NCBI GenBank assembly: GCA_028534125.1
Contig: CM052821.1
Location: 56,296,001-56,360,000, forward strand
Reading direction: 5' to 3'
Source: Lama glama
Lineage: Eukaryota
DNA: 64,000 bases
The first letter of the stretch is position 1, and each line of letters starts with the position of its first letter. Positions 22,136 through 34,990 of the stretch are shown in pieces. A program made the position numbers and the translations under genes. The notes under the pieces were generated by a model that searched no databases, was not told where the DNA came from, and was given only the letters and a program-made list of their open reading frames with translations.

Positions 22136-25100
22136 ATAACGTGTCTTTCAACATTTGAGGACTATGAGTAAACATTTGTATTTCTCCTTGTTAAGTCCTT
22201 CAAAATTTGCTTTGCATTAAAAAACCAGAAAGTTTTTTAGGACAAAGGACAGGACAGAGCACAGCCTCACACTAATCTTGAGAAAACATGTGGGGTGAAG
22301 GGAGTACTGCAGACCCACCAAACCCACGCACCGGCCTGAGCCTTCCAAGGAGGGGCCCCCACACCGTCTCAGCTCTGACCCCCGCCCTGGGAGCTCGGCC
22401 CGTGGGTTCCGGCTGACTCTCCAGGATTCCACGAAGCGTCTTCCCGCCCGTTCCCCTTCCCTCAGCAGAAGGCTGTCAGGAACGCGGCAGTGAAGTGGTG
22501 ACTCGTCTGGGACTCTCCCCCGCGCCTGGCGGCCCCTCCTGCGTCTGACAGCTGAGCACATGGCCAGACAGCACACACCACTAAAAATAATTTAATTTCG
22601 TCTTCCTGGGACATTTCAGGAATGTGCTAACTTCCTTGGAATGGAGGCCACATGTCTAGTGTGTCGTGCTGCGTCTCCGTGAGAAAAGCGGGGCCTCAGA
22701 AAGGGGGGCGTGCTGGCTTACACAGCATCTGCCCCCCAGGGAGGGCCCCTGTCCCACTGCACCCATTTCTGGGGAGCCCCACGTGACACCACGTGCCCAC
22801 CCGAAGCTCCCTTTTCCTGCTCCCTCTGGGTGGGGGTCCCGGCACAGAGACTGCCCAAAGGCAGGGGAGGAGACAGGGGCCAGGTCCTCCATCACTGCAC
22901 TGGGCCCTGACTTCGCAGACCGCCCCACCCCACCTGTCCAGCCCTTGGTCCCGCCCTCCTCCTCCCAGCTCCACTGCCCTCCACCCTGTGCTGAGCCAGG
23001 ATCCAGGGTCAGGGGCGTCCCAAGACCACCCCCACTCATCCAGGCTGCAAGCTCGGAGATCGGACCAGACTTTCTTCTCTCGGCCCCAACTTCTGATGGT
23101 TCAGATCAAACCAGGACCCTCGTAGGTGGAGGACAAGCTGGGGGTCGGCCTCGGAAAGACGGCCTCCCCTGGGAGGGAGGCCAGGCATATGCAGGCTCCG
23201 AGAGAGAAAGACGCTGCAGCCTCACTGAACACGCACAGACAGGGACTCAGCTCCCTCTGGGCCAGGCGGTCCATGAACCCGCGCCAGCTGGCATCCTCCA
23301 AGCTCCTTTGTCCCTGAGCCCCATGTGGGCCTGGGCCCAGCTGGTCCCCGAGGTCAGGGAGCAGTTCCCCACTCGCCTCTCGGTGACAAAGCCCAGAGAG
23401 ACTGTACCTTCCCATCAAGACAACAGCCTCTGCTCTGAGGGGCCGAAGTGTTTGGTTTCTGCCGGGACCCCGGGCAGGGGGCACGGGCTGGGGGGCCACC
23501 AGCTAAGTGCTGATAGGGAGATGGGCCTCCTGTGGGCACTGGGGGTCACCACATCAGGGAAAGGACTCTGTTATGCTTCAGCTGCTTGGTAAATTATTTA
23601 AAAATTAGCCTTCCATTTCAAAAGTGGTCTGAAGTGATAAGCTCAGTGGGGGACGATGCCACCACATGTTTTCCTGTTAAAAACCCTGATGTTAAAAAAA
23701 GGAAAAGAAGCCGTCATATCTTTACAGAGAGCTGAAGTGGTCTGACCGGGTCTCTGGAGTAATCTGCTTAAAAGGTTTTCCATAATTTTGGACTTTCATT
23801 TGCTATTCGTTTGAGTCACTTTGGAAGCTCAGCATGGTCTTGGGTTTGGGGATTTTATGAGTTTGCTTAATGCCCATCGTCTGAGCGTTTCCATCCATTA
23901 ACTGGGCCAAGTCCAGGGGCCACAGTGGCCCATTAGCTACCCCCTACAGCTTCGTCGTGGCCGCAGGCGCTGCCCCCTCCCCCGCCTTCCCCCCCCAACC
24001 CCGAGACCCTCCTGCTCACTTCCAGCTCACTCTCCTGGAAAGCACCATCTCTCATGGTCTTTCGCCCTCCCACCTGCCTCGGGGGTCAGGCTCTCACCAG
24101 CTCCCAATGCCCCTCTGCCCCGGGGCTCCTGTTGGGTCCCCGCTGTCCATGACCCTGGTGTCCTGTGGGCTTCCTGCCACCTTCGCTGTGGGATGAAGCA
24201 CAGAGCACTGGGGAGTTGTGCCTGGTCCTCTCGGCCCTCGGGGGCTCTGGAGGGGTGGTGGTGTGCGGGCAGGAAGCCTCTGCCATCTGGTTGAGCCCCT
24301 GGGCCCCTGAGCCCCTGGCTGGGCATTTCTGCAGGAGGTAGGCAGCTGAGAGGTTGGCAGGATCAGGGAGTGGTGGCCTCGATTCTGAACATCATATCTG
24401 GGACACTTGGAGATGGGACCGGAACACCTTGGTCCTCCCAGAGGAATTCCCACCCCTCCTCCAGGGCCGCACCCGCCCGGGGACCGTGTGCTCCTGCCTT
24501 CAGCATCCCGCGGCTGGGGCCAGGCAACCGGGGCCTGCCCCGTACAGCTCAGAGCCGTCGACAGTATCCCCACACGTTGTCCCTCTGCTGCTCACCCTGC
24601 CCGGCCAGCCGCGCCCTTCACGCGGAAACGCCAACAAAGGCCGTTGGGAGGTGTGGGCAGGAGGGGTGTGGCTCGCCCCGCCCGAAGCCCAGCAGTGCAA
24701 CCCCAGCACGCCCGCCGGCGGGGCCAAGCCGCACGCCGGCCAAATGGTTTCCCACAGATGAGCGAGGTCCTTCGTGATCCGCCCTGGGTCAGCGGTCCCC
24801 GGTCCTCTCAGCACAAAGTCAGCACATGAATCAGCTCTCCAGGGCGTTGCCTCCTCCAGCCAAGGGACAGATTAAAAGAAGAAAACTACGGGCGGGGAGA
24901 AGCCGGGTGCCGCGGCCGCCCCCCACGGAGCCTTTGAAAACAGAACCGCTCGGGTTGGCGTTTGTTCCCGCATCAGCAGCAAAATCGGAGACACTAACGG
25001 CTCTCAGACACCCCCAGCAGAGGGACAGAGCTGCCTCAGAAGCGCTGCCAGAGCCCCCGGCCCAGCGGTGGGCGGGTTCAGGAGGAGGGGTCTCCGGCAC

Positions 25101-25312
25101 CTGCAGTCCTGTAGGACGCCGCCAGCTTCTCTCCCCGGGGAGCAGCGAGGCCCACGGGGGCGCATTTGCACCGATGGCTTCATTCCCCCGCTTGCGGTGC
25201 ACGTGCTGGGAGCCGTGCTCCGAGCTGGGAGCGGTGGCGGCGGGGAGCCCGGCTGCCACGCACGAATCGGGCAGTGGACGGACAAGTGGCCAGGACAGCG
25301 GAGAGCGGTGCT

Positions 25313-25640
25313 GTCTCAGGACGCTCTAGCGGCTGAAACCAAATCCCGCAGACCGGGCGGCGGAAACCAGACGTTCATGTCTCACGGTCCTGGAGACCAG
25401 GGTGCCGGGCGGCTCATGTACGGTGAGAGCTCTTCCCTGGGTGTGGACGCCACCTTCATGCTGTGTCCTCACCTGAGGGGGACGGGGCCTTCCTCTTCTG
25501 CTGAGACACTAATCCCACACAGGCCCCTCTCTCGGCCTCATCCAACCTTGTCACCTCCCCAAGTCCCCGCCTCCTGATGCCACCACAAGGGGCCAGGACG
25601 TCAACACATGAACTTGTGGGGACACCACAGCCATTGAGAC
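25313..25640 (-). mobile_element. MaLR LTR, MLT1A0-like
   Basis: 'gctgtgtcctcac...cactaatccc...tcacctccccaagtccccgcctcctgatgccacc...caacacatgaacttgtggggacac'. Confidence 0.8.
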
Positions 25641-26585
25641 AAACATGGCCAGATGGCCCCTTCGCGCACCTAGCCGCATGAGGAATGAACAGGCCCAGGC
25701 GGGAGGGCCAGCATGGGGCGGGGGGCCCAGGTGGTCGACGGCTCCCTGCCTGGGGCTCAGGGCATTGACCCAGGGGTCAGGGTGGGACCAAACCTTGTCC
25801 TGATGTCGTTTCTGGAGCTCACAGCCAGACACGAGGCCCTGCCCACTGGCTGTGTCCCCAGAATGCAGGCCTCCTCTCCAAGGCTCTGTGGCCCCTCCTG
25901 TGAGTGACGCAAACACAGAAATGGGCTGGTTAAGGGGCTCCTCCGGGGGGGAAGGGAGGGGCAGCCTCAGCCTCTCAGCTCAGGGGACCCTGGGGACCCG
26001 GGCAGGATCTCTGTTCTACGAAGCCTGTTACACACTGGGACTGAATAACATCCCTCCAGATGCGGGTCAGCCAGCACCCGGATCTCAGACGTCCCCAGAG
26101 CATGAGCAATAAAGTGCTGCTGTCTGTAAGCCGCCCGGTCTGCAGGGTTTTGTTACAGCCGCACCCCCACCCCCGACGGAAGGGAAGGTCCCTGACCTTT
26201 CCTACGTGTGCCTTCTCAGGACGTTGGGCGCACGGCCCCATGTATCCTGCAGGGTTCGTGGGTCCTCGGAGTGGCCTGAGCACCCTCCCCTCTGGGCTGG
26301 GTGCCACCCCGGTTCTGTCGGTTCCGCCCCACTGGAACCTCCCGATGCCCGTGATTCAGACTCCTGCTGTCCCCTGATGCAGGGGCCCAGAGACACTGAG
26401 GGCGTCGAGCAGCTGAGCGCAGGGCTGAAGTGGTTCCCATGCCTGACAGGCCTGAGCTGCCCTCCTGTGCGGCGTCACCCTGGGACCACCTGAGCGGCAG
26501 GGGGAGGGCAGAGCCCACGTCCCACCCCAGTCCACAGGCTGGGCCATGAGTGAACGGAGACCCGCAGCCAGTGTGGTAACTCGAC

Positions 26586-26770
26586 AGGTCACTAGCAGCT
26601 CCACCTCAGTCCCTTCTGCTGGGGACTCAATCCATCCCCCCAGGAGATCTGACCTTGAGCCCTGGGGTCTGACCTCTGACCCCTGACCTCCCTTTTGAGG
26701 AGCAAAGGTTCAGTGGCAGCAGCTGTCAGACCGCTGTCCCCCAGACGTCCTGCTCCTTCTGAACTGCTGA
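26586..26770. promoter_or_regulatory. Nuclear-receptor half-site cluster (ERRE plus triple DR1)
   Basis: AGGTCA at 26586; TGACCTTGA at 26650-26658; TGACCT-c-TGACCC-c-TGACCT at 26670-26689; GGTTCA near 26707; TGAACT at 26761. Confidence 0.45.
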
Positions 26771-26995
26771 GCTGCAGGGAGGTCCCAGGCCTGATGGTGA
26801 GGGGAGGTGACCAGCTGCTGGGACAGGGCAGCAGGCTCTGCTCTCCTGTTGCCTATAGGCCTTTAGTCTGAGGATGGGCTGAGCCCTCCTCTGGGCGTCT
26901 GTGGTCCTGGGGGAGCTCTGAGTGGCCCATCTCAGGACCCCAGCCTGTCTGCCTCGGACACTCCCGACCTTTCACCCCATCATCTCTGTGCATCC

Positions 26996-27633
26996 TGTTA
27001 CAAAATTCAGGTCTGGCTGCTCAACACTCAAAAGCCAATACTTGAGAGACAAGAGTTGGGAGGAAAGAAAAGGTTGCTTCACTCCAGAGGCCAGCAACCA
27101 GGGGAGAAGGCAGACACGTGTCCCAAAGCCAACGCCCCACTGCCAATTGCGGTCAAGTCTTTAAAGCAGAATTTGAGGGGCGTAAAGGTGGAGGGAGGCG
27201 CTATGTGCAGAGCAGCAGTCAGCTCATGCGATGGTCTGGTCAGCATCATCCTCATGCAGCTGGTCTTCAGCTCCAGGGCAGCTTGTCCCCCTGTCCCTGG
27301 GGCCAGTTCGGGGAACTGTGGCAGCTTCTGTCCCGGCTCCAGTCTGGTCATCACGTAGTTAACTTCTCTCTCCTGGCGGGGGTTTAGTACCTACAAGACT
27401 CAAAGCACACAGCTCAGAATTTGATTTGAGGAGGAACCAGAGGTCCTTGACTTTGTTTAACAGCTAAATAACTATCGTTTTGTCTTGTTTGACCATTTTC
27501 CTTTTTTCCTGCATTTTCTCACTGCTCTGATTAAACGTATTCTTTGGCTAGAGTTTTCCTGCAGACAAGCGGCAGGCAGAGGATGTGGGGGGAGGTCCGT
27601 CCAGGGACACCCCACGGGGCCCTGCTCCGCACA
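26996..27633 (-). mobile_element. ERV1 solo LTR, MER41-like (cetartiodactyl type)
   Basis: TG...CA termini ('tgttacaaaattcagg'...'ccctgctccgcaca'), about 640 bp. Internal blocks 'ctcaaaagccaatacttgagagacaag' and 'cagtctggtcatcacgtagttaacttc' match an artiodactyl ERV1 LTR from memory; the family name is tentative. Confidence 0.7.
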
Positions 27634-28182
27634 GCCTCTGTGGCCACACTGGAGGTTTGGCCCAGTGACCAGGTGTGTCCATGTGTCTGAGCCCACGTAA
27701 CCCTCAGCTGACACCGCCTCCCACAGTTAAGGGCGGCGGCTGACCCTCATCTCACCTCCCGTCCAGGGTTCTACCTAGAAAATAAAATCACACGTGAAGA
27801 AGTTTTTAATTAACAGTCTTCACTGGTCCCAAAACCAGTGGCCCTGCTTAGGGCTCAGTCTGAAACGCATTATGATGCTTATTGCTGTAATCAGCATCAC
27901 TGTGATGGACAAAACAGGACCCCCCCCAAGCATGAGCATTTTGGCACGTGCTGAATCTCTGAACCTTATTTCATTCTGTTCTGCAGGAGAGTCTGGGAAG
28001 AGACCCGGGAGAGACGTCACCAGGCAGGGTCCTCGCCAGCTTCTCCTCTGCCGGCACCGTCGTCCCACGTTCCAGCCCGCAGGCACCTTCGCTTCCTTCA
28101 AAAAAAGGCAAATGGACGACCTCTCTCGTCCCAGATTCTTTCCAGGTACTAGTGCATCTGTTGGCTCAGACACAGCAGGGGA

Positions 28183-28215
28183 TGGCGGGGACATGGCGGG
28201 GACACGGCGGGGACA
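28183..28215 (+). repeat. 11-bp tandem repeat x3
   Basis: Yggcggggaca x3. Confidence 0.85.
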
Positions 28216-30519
28216 GACTGGGCCCCTGGGCACCCTGCCTGCTCCTGGACGTGGGAGGCAGCTCAGTCACAAGACGCTGCGCGTCTTCTGAGTGGCGCCC
28301 CAAGCTCACTTACACTTTTGCCAGCCTGTAAACCCAACCACAAAATGCGAATTTCATTTGTTATCTAAACCCCTCTTACTTCCAGAAACAGACCCCTTGT
28401 GCCTTAAAGGGCAGAAGTTCTTGGAACAGTCAAAACAAAAAGATAAGGGCCAAGACTGAGCGGGCGGGAGTGCGTGGTGGGAGGCGGGGCCCAGAGGAAC
28501 ACGCCTGAAGTTGGAGGCAGCGAGCGTCTCTGCGTCCCCAAGGAACAGACGCTCAGCGTAGGAGCCGCCAGCACGCCGCCGGGGCCAGGGCTGCGGGCGG
28601 GCGGCAGGGAAGGCGGGCCGCTCAGAGGGAGTCCCTCGCCGCCCAGGCTCTGGTGCTCGGGCTGCTCAGCGTCTCAAGAAACGGCATGTCCTGCAGAGCC
28701 CATTGGGATGCGGGGCCCTGACAGTGCCGAAGGGGCGGCTTTGCCTTTGGACGTGACTCTGCCCAGCACAGATGTAAGAAATGGGGATAATGAGGCATCT
28801 CTTAATAGAAATCAGGATTTCAAGCCAAGGGCGTTTATTGGGAATCAAAGATGGACTGAGAAGTGAGCTAGAGTCAGAGAAGTGAGACAGAGCAGGCCTC
28901 CGGGCCCAAAGCCCCTGCAAAAGGGAGCCAGACCATCTCAGTTAAATTGCTCAGAAAAGGATGTGGGGGCTCAAAGTCACCTGGTTCTAGTTTTAACCAG
29001 ACAGACGGGGCCCCTGAAACTTGCAAAGACGCGAAATTCTTGGGCTTGCCTGAGGGTTGAGGAAACACCGCTCAGGCCCAGTGTGCGCCCGGACAACGGC
29101 CCTCCGATTGGCTATAAACCCTGCTGAAGTGGTTTTGATGCCTCGCAGGGTGGTTAATTCTTGCCTTCACTGGGAGGCAGGGCGGGGGTCTCCCTCATGT
29201 GTTTCCAACAGTTCGTGGTACGTGGGGCACCTCCCAGCCACACAGCGAGATGACCCAGAATGAGGGAGGGGCAGCCCTGCCTGGGGTGAGGCGGCATCTG
29301 TCAGGCCCCCTTGTCCCCCCATGACTGAGCCCCCGCCCGGCCCCTCGTGCTCACTAAATCCGGCCCCTTTCTGAAGGACTCGTCCCTGTCCACCCGTCAG
29401 CCAGCTCCATGTGCAGCTGGAGGTCTCCAGGCCCTGAGCTCCACCTGCGAATCAGAGCCACACCAGGGGCCCTGGGTCTCTGCGCTGCCTGGCCCCGATC
29501 ACAGACCAAACCCCCATTTACACATGGCCAGGCCGCCCCCCGGTGCTGGAGCGCAGCCACCCACAGCGCACGGCCCCCCATCCCCACGGCCACAGCGTGC
29601 GGGCCAGCACAGACGCGCCGGGTCCCTTCTCCTGCGGAGGACTCAGGGCCGGGCTCTCCACTGCAGCCCACCTGGCGGCTGTTCGGGCCTGGCTGGATCT
29701 GGTTCCTGTCGACCGGGAGCTGGTGGGACCCAGGCAGCATGGCTTTCTGACCCCAAAAGGGAGCCTGAAGTCTAGCACTGCGACCTCACCAGCTGCTGGC
29801 CAGACTATCACACACAGCAGCTCAGGACGTGGTGGACGGACTGAGATCCGAGCACGGCTGAAGAACGGGATCTGAGTCCAACAGCATGCGGGGGGTGGAG
29901 GGGTCCCCCACTGGCTCCTAAGGAAGGGGAGTCCCTCTGGACACAGCTGGGACAGGCTGGCGGGACCCAGGGACACCCGGGGAGGGCTACGGACTTCGGT
30001 GACCTGACGGCCCATGACACGGAGACCCCAGGATGCATGACGAGAGGAGCCCAGACAGCTGGGAGTAGGTACGGTGACAAGCCCTCTGGCCAGGAAGGAC
30101 TGTGGTGCACGCGCTTTGCTGGCCGGCTGGCTGGTCCGGCTGGGGCGAGCTGGCTGGCACCACAGGGCTGACATTGAAGGGTGACCTCTGCTTCCTGCAA
30201 AGGAACCTGATGCCCTTGACTCGGGCAGGCCAGCTTCACTCCCAGACATCTCCTGCCATCAGACCCGGGATGCAGGCACTGGCCAGGGCTGTGGGGACCT
30301 CGCTGAGCGAGGCATCTGTGGTGCAGCCCTACCGAGGGGACAATGCTACCAGCACACGTACTTCTGTCCAGAATCTCAGCCTGAAGAATTGGCCCCGAAG
30401 ACACGCCCACCACAAGGAATCCAGGCTGCTCATCACACCCCGGTCTGTGCGAGTGAGACCTGGGGGCGTCCGGTGTCTCAGAGCGGGCGGGGGGGGAACA
30501 GCCAGCCAGAGAGCTGTGT

Positions 30520-30695
30520 GCACACACTCACAGCCACATATCACACACCACACACCACGTACACACACCAGGTACAGAGCCCCACCACCGTACACACACA
30601 ACCACACCACACACTCACAGCCACACGCCACACAGCACGTGTACACGGGGAGGAAGGATGGGAGGAGGGGAGGGAGGGGGTGGGGGAGGGAAGCA
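30520..30695 (+). repeat. Degenerate (CA)n tract followed by a G/A-rich tract
   Basis: Directly visible. Confidence 0.85.
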
Positions 30696-33384
30696 GGCAG
30701 CCTCTCTCCCCTGAAGAGCACACGGGCGGTGATTTCTGCTGTTCTAATTGCAAAGCTGTGCAGCCCTGGGCAGAGGGGTCCCCAGCTCTGCTGGCGGGCG
30801 CCGCGGGGAGGAAGGTGCCTCCGTGGCTGGACTTCCGGGGCCCCGAGGGACGCAGGGCGGCTGTGATCGTGGCCTGAACCAGGCCCACCGTCCACTCCCG
30901 GCTCCCGTGTGCTGGGGAGGAGTCTTTGGAGCCGCGAGTCTCACTGCCCTGGCAGGACAGCCAGCTTCTCACCCACGTGCGGTGCATGGAAGGGGGTGGC
31001 CGTGGAGAGGGGACACGAGGAGGGGCTCAGGTGGGCCCCACATCACGCAGGATGGGACACGCGGGAGACGTGCGGTTTCTGAGGACAGCACAGACGCCGG
31101 CCTGCAGGCGGCCGGCCGGAAAGTGCCGGGGAAGGAGCGGTCTAGACCAGAAAGCCCCCATCCAGAGTGGAGACGCGTTCCTTTTCCTTTGTTGAAAAAG
31201 GGACACACCACAGCCAACTGTCAGGGCTGGGACAGCAGACCTGGTGTGTGTCCCCAGAGCTCCCAGACCGGACCCGCTGATGAGACCGGAGCCCACTTAG
31301 GAACAGGCCACACACAGAGCAGAAACCGGGGCTGGGAAGCCGGCTCCCGCCCGGCCACGGCCAGCCCGGCTGCTTCACTGGGTCTGTGCGTCCCCCGGCG
31401 CCCTGCTTGGTAAGCAGGCGACATTGTAAACAGCAGCATTAACTCGTTAGCCGGAGGCCAGGAGTCCCACAACTGCAGACACAGAGATGACATGTGGCGT
31501 CCAGCAGAGAGGCCATCTGGCTTGTCGCAGGTGTCCGGGCCACCTCTGCTCTGATGGCCTCGCTCGCCCGGCCCTCCGGGAACCAAGCAGCTGCGGCCAC
31601 TCCACCTTGTCAGCACGTCCGTCGCCCGGAACCCCTGCGGCCCGGGCCAGACGGGGCACCGCCGCCAGCCAGCACCTCGCCGCGCTGCTTTCTCTGAAGA
31701 AGCAGCCTCCCCATCGAGCGCCCTTCCCGACAAGATTTGCCCGGCGATCTCCGTGAGAAACGTCTGAGCCGTTCTCTGCAAATTCGTGTTTTTTCTCTTA
31801 CACTGATGCAGAGCGCTCTTGCCAGGGCGCATCTTCTGGGACCTCAAGGGAAACCAGCACAACAGCACAGTTTCCCCGGGGTGGTGGACACTCCAGCCCC
31901 GAACCCCCTGCTGTCCCGGGTCCTCTCTTGTTTGCCGGGCAGTGCCCTTGTGTCCTCGGGGCCTCACCCCCAGCCCCGTCTCTGGGCTGAGGGCTCAGTC
32001 TCCTGGAGAGCCAGACGCCGTCACTGACCAGCCCCCCGCTTCCCTCCAGCCCCAGAAGGAAGCCTGGACGTGGACTGTTGTCTCAGCCACTCTGCACTCG
32101 ACATTTTAGTAAAAAGCTGGTGGGGGAGGGAGGTCCTCGTGTGCAAAGAGGCCCCCACATGAGCGGCGCCTCTGACCAGGGCAGGGCTGAGCCTGCCCCA
32201 GGGCTCTCTGGTTCCTGGCCGGGCGCCGGCTTGGCTGGGTGGTCTCGCCCAAACCACTGCCCCGCCTGGCGGCCTCACCCAGCCCCCTGCCCTGGTGTCT
32301 CCATCAGTCCCCCTCCTTTATCCATGTCTGTTTCCTTGGGGCCCCTTCCTAGCACACCTGCCCCAAACTGACCGGGCACGACAGCCTTGGCCGCCCACAC
32401 CCATGCCCTGCAGGCCACCGGCAGCCCAAGAGCCCACACAGACCCCACGTTTCCTGTAAGTCACTGGGCGTCGGGAAAGGACAGTCAGCGTGGTGACCTC
32501 GCCCTCCCCAGGCACTGACCCCGTCCCAGGCGTCTGTGACGTGATGGCTTCTGCAGGGGTCAGGACTGTGAGCCCCACGACCTGGAGGCGAGGAGGACAG
32601 GACAGAGGACCAGGAGCCTCCGGTCCCCCCTGCCCCGCGGCCAGAGGGAGAGGGTTGGAGCCGTCTCGCCCCAGGCTGAGGCGCCCCAGCCCGGCCCCGC
32701 GCACCACGCCCGCATTGTGAACACAAGAGGGACCACACACCCGGGCGCCAAGCGGCAGAGAAGGACCCGGAACAGAATCCTTTCATTCAAAGGAAGGAAA
32801 CGTTCTTCGAAGGGCTGAGCAATGGCTCCCAAGAGGTGAGGGAGGCCGGCCGTGCCTCTCCGGAGCGGGGAGCAGGTGGGCCAGGTGGGGTCCTCAGCCG
32901 GCAGCCCCTGGGGAAGTGGCTCCAAACGGACTTGACGTCATGGGTTCTGATCGGGAGATGCAAGTTCGATTCCAAATGGACGTTTGACTGTGGGGAGGCG
33001 GGGTGGAGGCAACTGAAACCCCGGGGAGGGGCCACAGGAGGGACCGAAGCCGCCGCCTGGGGGCTGAGCTCCAGGGGGGGGCACACGAGGCGGTCCCCCT
33101 CCCTCACCTGCGGTGCCCACTCTGCTCCCGGAGGGACCAGGGACCAGATGGCCCACCTTTCCCGTGTCTGCTCACAGAGACCCCTTCAGCGCACACCTCC
33201 GCTCCAGCAAACTGGACTCCGACTGGAATTTGACTTTTTGTTCAGTTTTGTGTTTTCAAAACTCGCTCAAGCACATCCCCACTCCTCTTCCCCCTGACTC
33301 TTTGCCTGTGCTGTTGGCTCTGTCCCGGGCGGCAGGCCTCGGGGGACAGTGTCTCCTGCTGCGTGTGGTCGCGCACAGTCAGGG

Positions 33385-33550
33385 CGAGCGTGGCTGCAGG
33401 GCTGGAGGCTCTGGGCTTTGATCCCGAAGGTGCAGACTCCAGAGCAAGTGTCCTCATTTGTGGAGAAGCCGTGCTCCCCTGGTCAGAGGGGACGGATGGG
33501 CGTTTGATAGCCTTTGGGGCTGCAGACTGGCCTCACAGAGCTGCATTCCT
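33385..33550 (+). mobile_element. MIR remnant
   Basis: 'ctgggctttgatcccg...agtgtcctcatttgtgga...ctggcctcacagagc'; diverged. Confidence 0.4.
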
Positions 33551-34059
33551 CTGCCTGCTGCTCCCGTCCCATGAGGAGGACCGTGGATGGGCCCCCCGCA
33601 GAGGCTGGGGCTGCCCCAGGGTTTGTCTGTGGGGGGATCCGGTCTCCCCTATGACTACGGGCTTCGGGGGCCGAGACAGGGTGGGTGGCAGAGCCCCTGA
33701 GCACAGATGCCTGGAGCGAGGGGCAGTGCAGGGCGGGCGACGAGGCGGGAGAGGCGGGCAGCGGTAAGGAGGGAGGCCCGCGTGGGCGAGGTCCAGGGTC
33801 CAGGCGAGGGGGGAGGCTGCCGGAGGGTCGTGAGCAGAGGGAAGTATCACTGAAGTTGCACTTCGTGAAGGAGCACCCTGCTTCCCATGGGGCCTGGGGT
33901 GAGGGAGGGACGACGAGGAGGCTCGGGAGACGTCCGTGTCCGAGTCCGAGAGGCGCTGTGGCTGGGGTGGGAGCGGGGCAGGAGGAGACCAGGACCTGGA
34001 GCCCCGGGGAGCAGAGATTGCCTGGAGGGCAGAGATGCGTTAACTTCAGACTCCGCAAC

Positions 34060-34660
34060 GTGAATATTGATGACGTTTATTTTAAGGCTGTGGGTGCCCT
34101 GGGAGCATCCCTTTGGCCAAGCGTCGTGTCCCGTGTGTCGTGAGGACGACTAACCGGAAGTGCGGGGCTCTCTGTGCACAAAAGTGACCATAACAACATC
34201 TCCTCGGCCAGCGACATGGACAAACACCGCTGATGTCTCTGACTCCGGAGGCCAGATCTCTGTCCGTCCGTCCGTCTGTGGTGGCCGCTACATTCAGGGT
34301 TTGTCTCACTGCGTGTCAGACACGACGATGGCCTGGGCTTGGGCTTGGGTTTGGGTAATCCCTGTGAGCTCTGCGTGCTGGTGCACGTTCGTGAGGGCGC
34401 TGTCAGCGCTGGACCAGCGCCTGCGCCGACTGTGGGTGGGAAGCCGCGTCTGCGTGTGAACACGGCCCCTCACCTGCTCAGACGTGTGTACTGGAGAGTC
34501 ACCCGCGGGACACGCGGCAAGTGTTCACTTCCGCTGCGGGGGTCGTGCTCCGGTGCCGAGGCTTTTACTACAGTTTCATTTATATTTGTTTTTCCAAGTG
34601 GTTTTTACAGTTGTTCTGTGTGTTTTGCTATTTTATGACGTGCCATGTACATTTTTTTTT
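34060..34660 (+). mobile_element. L1ME-like 3' region, strongly GC-shifted
   Basis: 'gcatccctttggccaagc', 'gtgcacaaaagtgaccataacaacat...aaacaccgctgatgtc' and the T-rich terminus follow the order of the L1ME 3' end. Confidence 0.5.
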
Positions 34661-34990
34661 TAAGTTTTATGAAACTCAGATCCTGTCCCTTGTCCGTGTG
34701 GAACATCCTTTTCTTCCTTTTTACTGCGTTGCTTGAGCTCAACTTTGTCCGGTCCTAACAGGACCACAAGCTCTGTCACAAGCAGCCTGCAGGATATAAA
34801 TTAGCAAACGGTCGCGTGGGCCTCCGGAAGCCGGGCTCCGAGCCCCCCACCCACGAGCCCCCCGGCTGCTTCCCCAGGTGCTGCCCAGGTTACCCGGCTG
34901 CAGAAGCTCTGTGGTTGGGGCAAGTCCCATCGAGTCCCATGTTTCCTGAACCTGCAGGTCACTGACACCTGCTGCCGCCGCCCCAGGTCC

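Noticed and set aside
22780-22795. Tandem CACGTG E-boxes as a ChoRE or clock element
   Set aside because: The spacer is 4 bp, whereas a ChoRE needs 5 and clock tandem boxes 6-7. CACGTG is frequent in this CpG-rich window.
29107-29118. ATTGG next to TATAAA as a core promoter
   Set aside because: A 1-bp separation does not fit normal CCAAT-TATA geometry.
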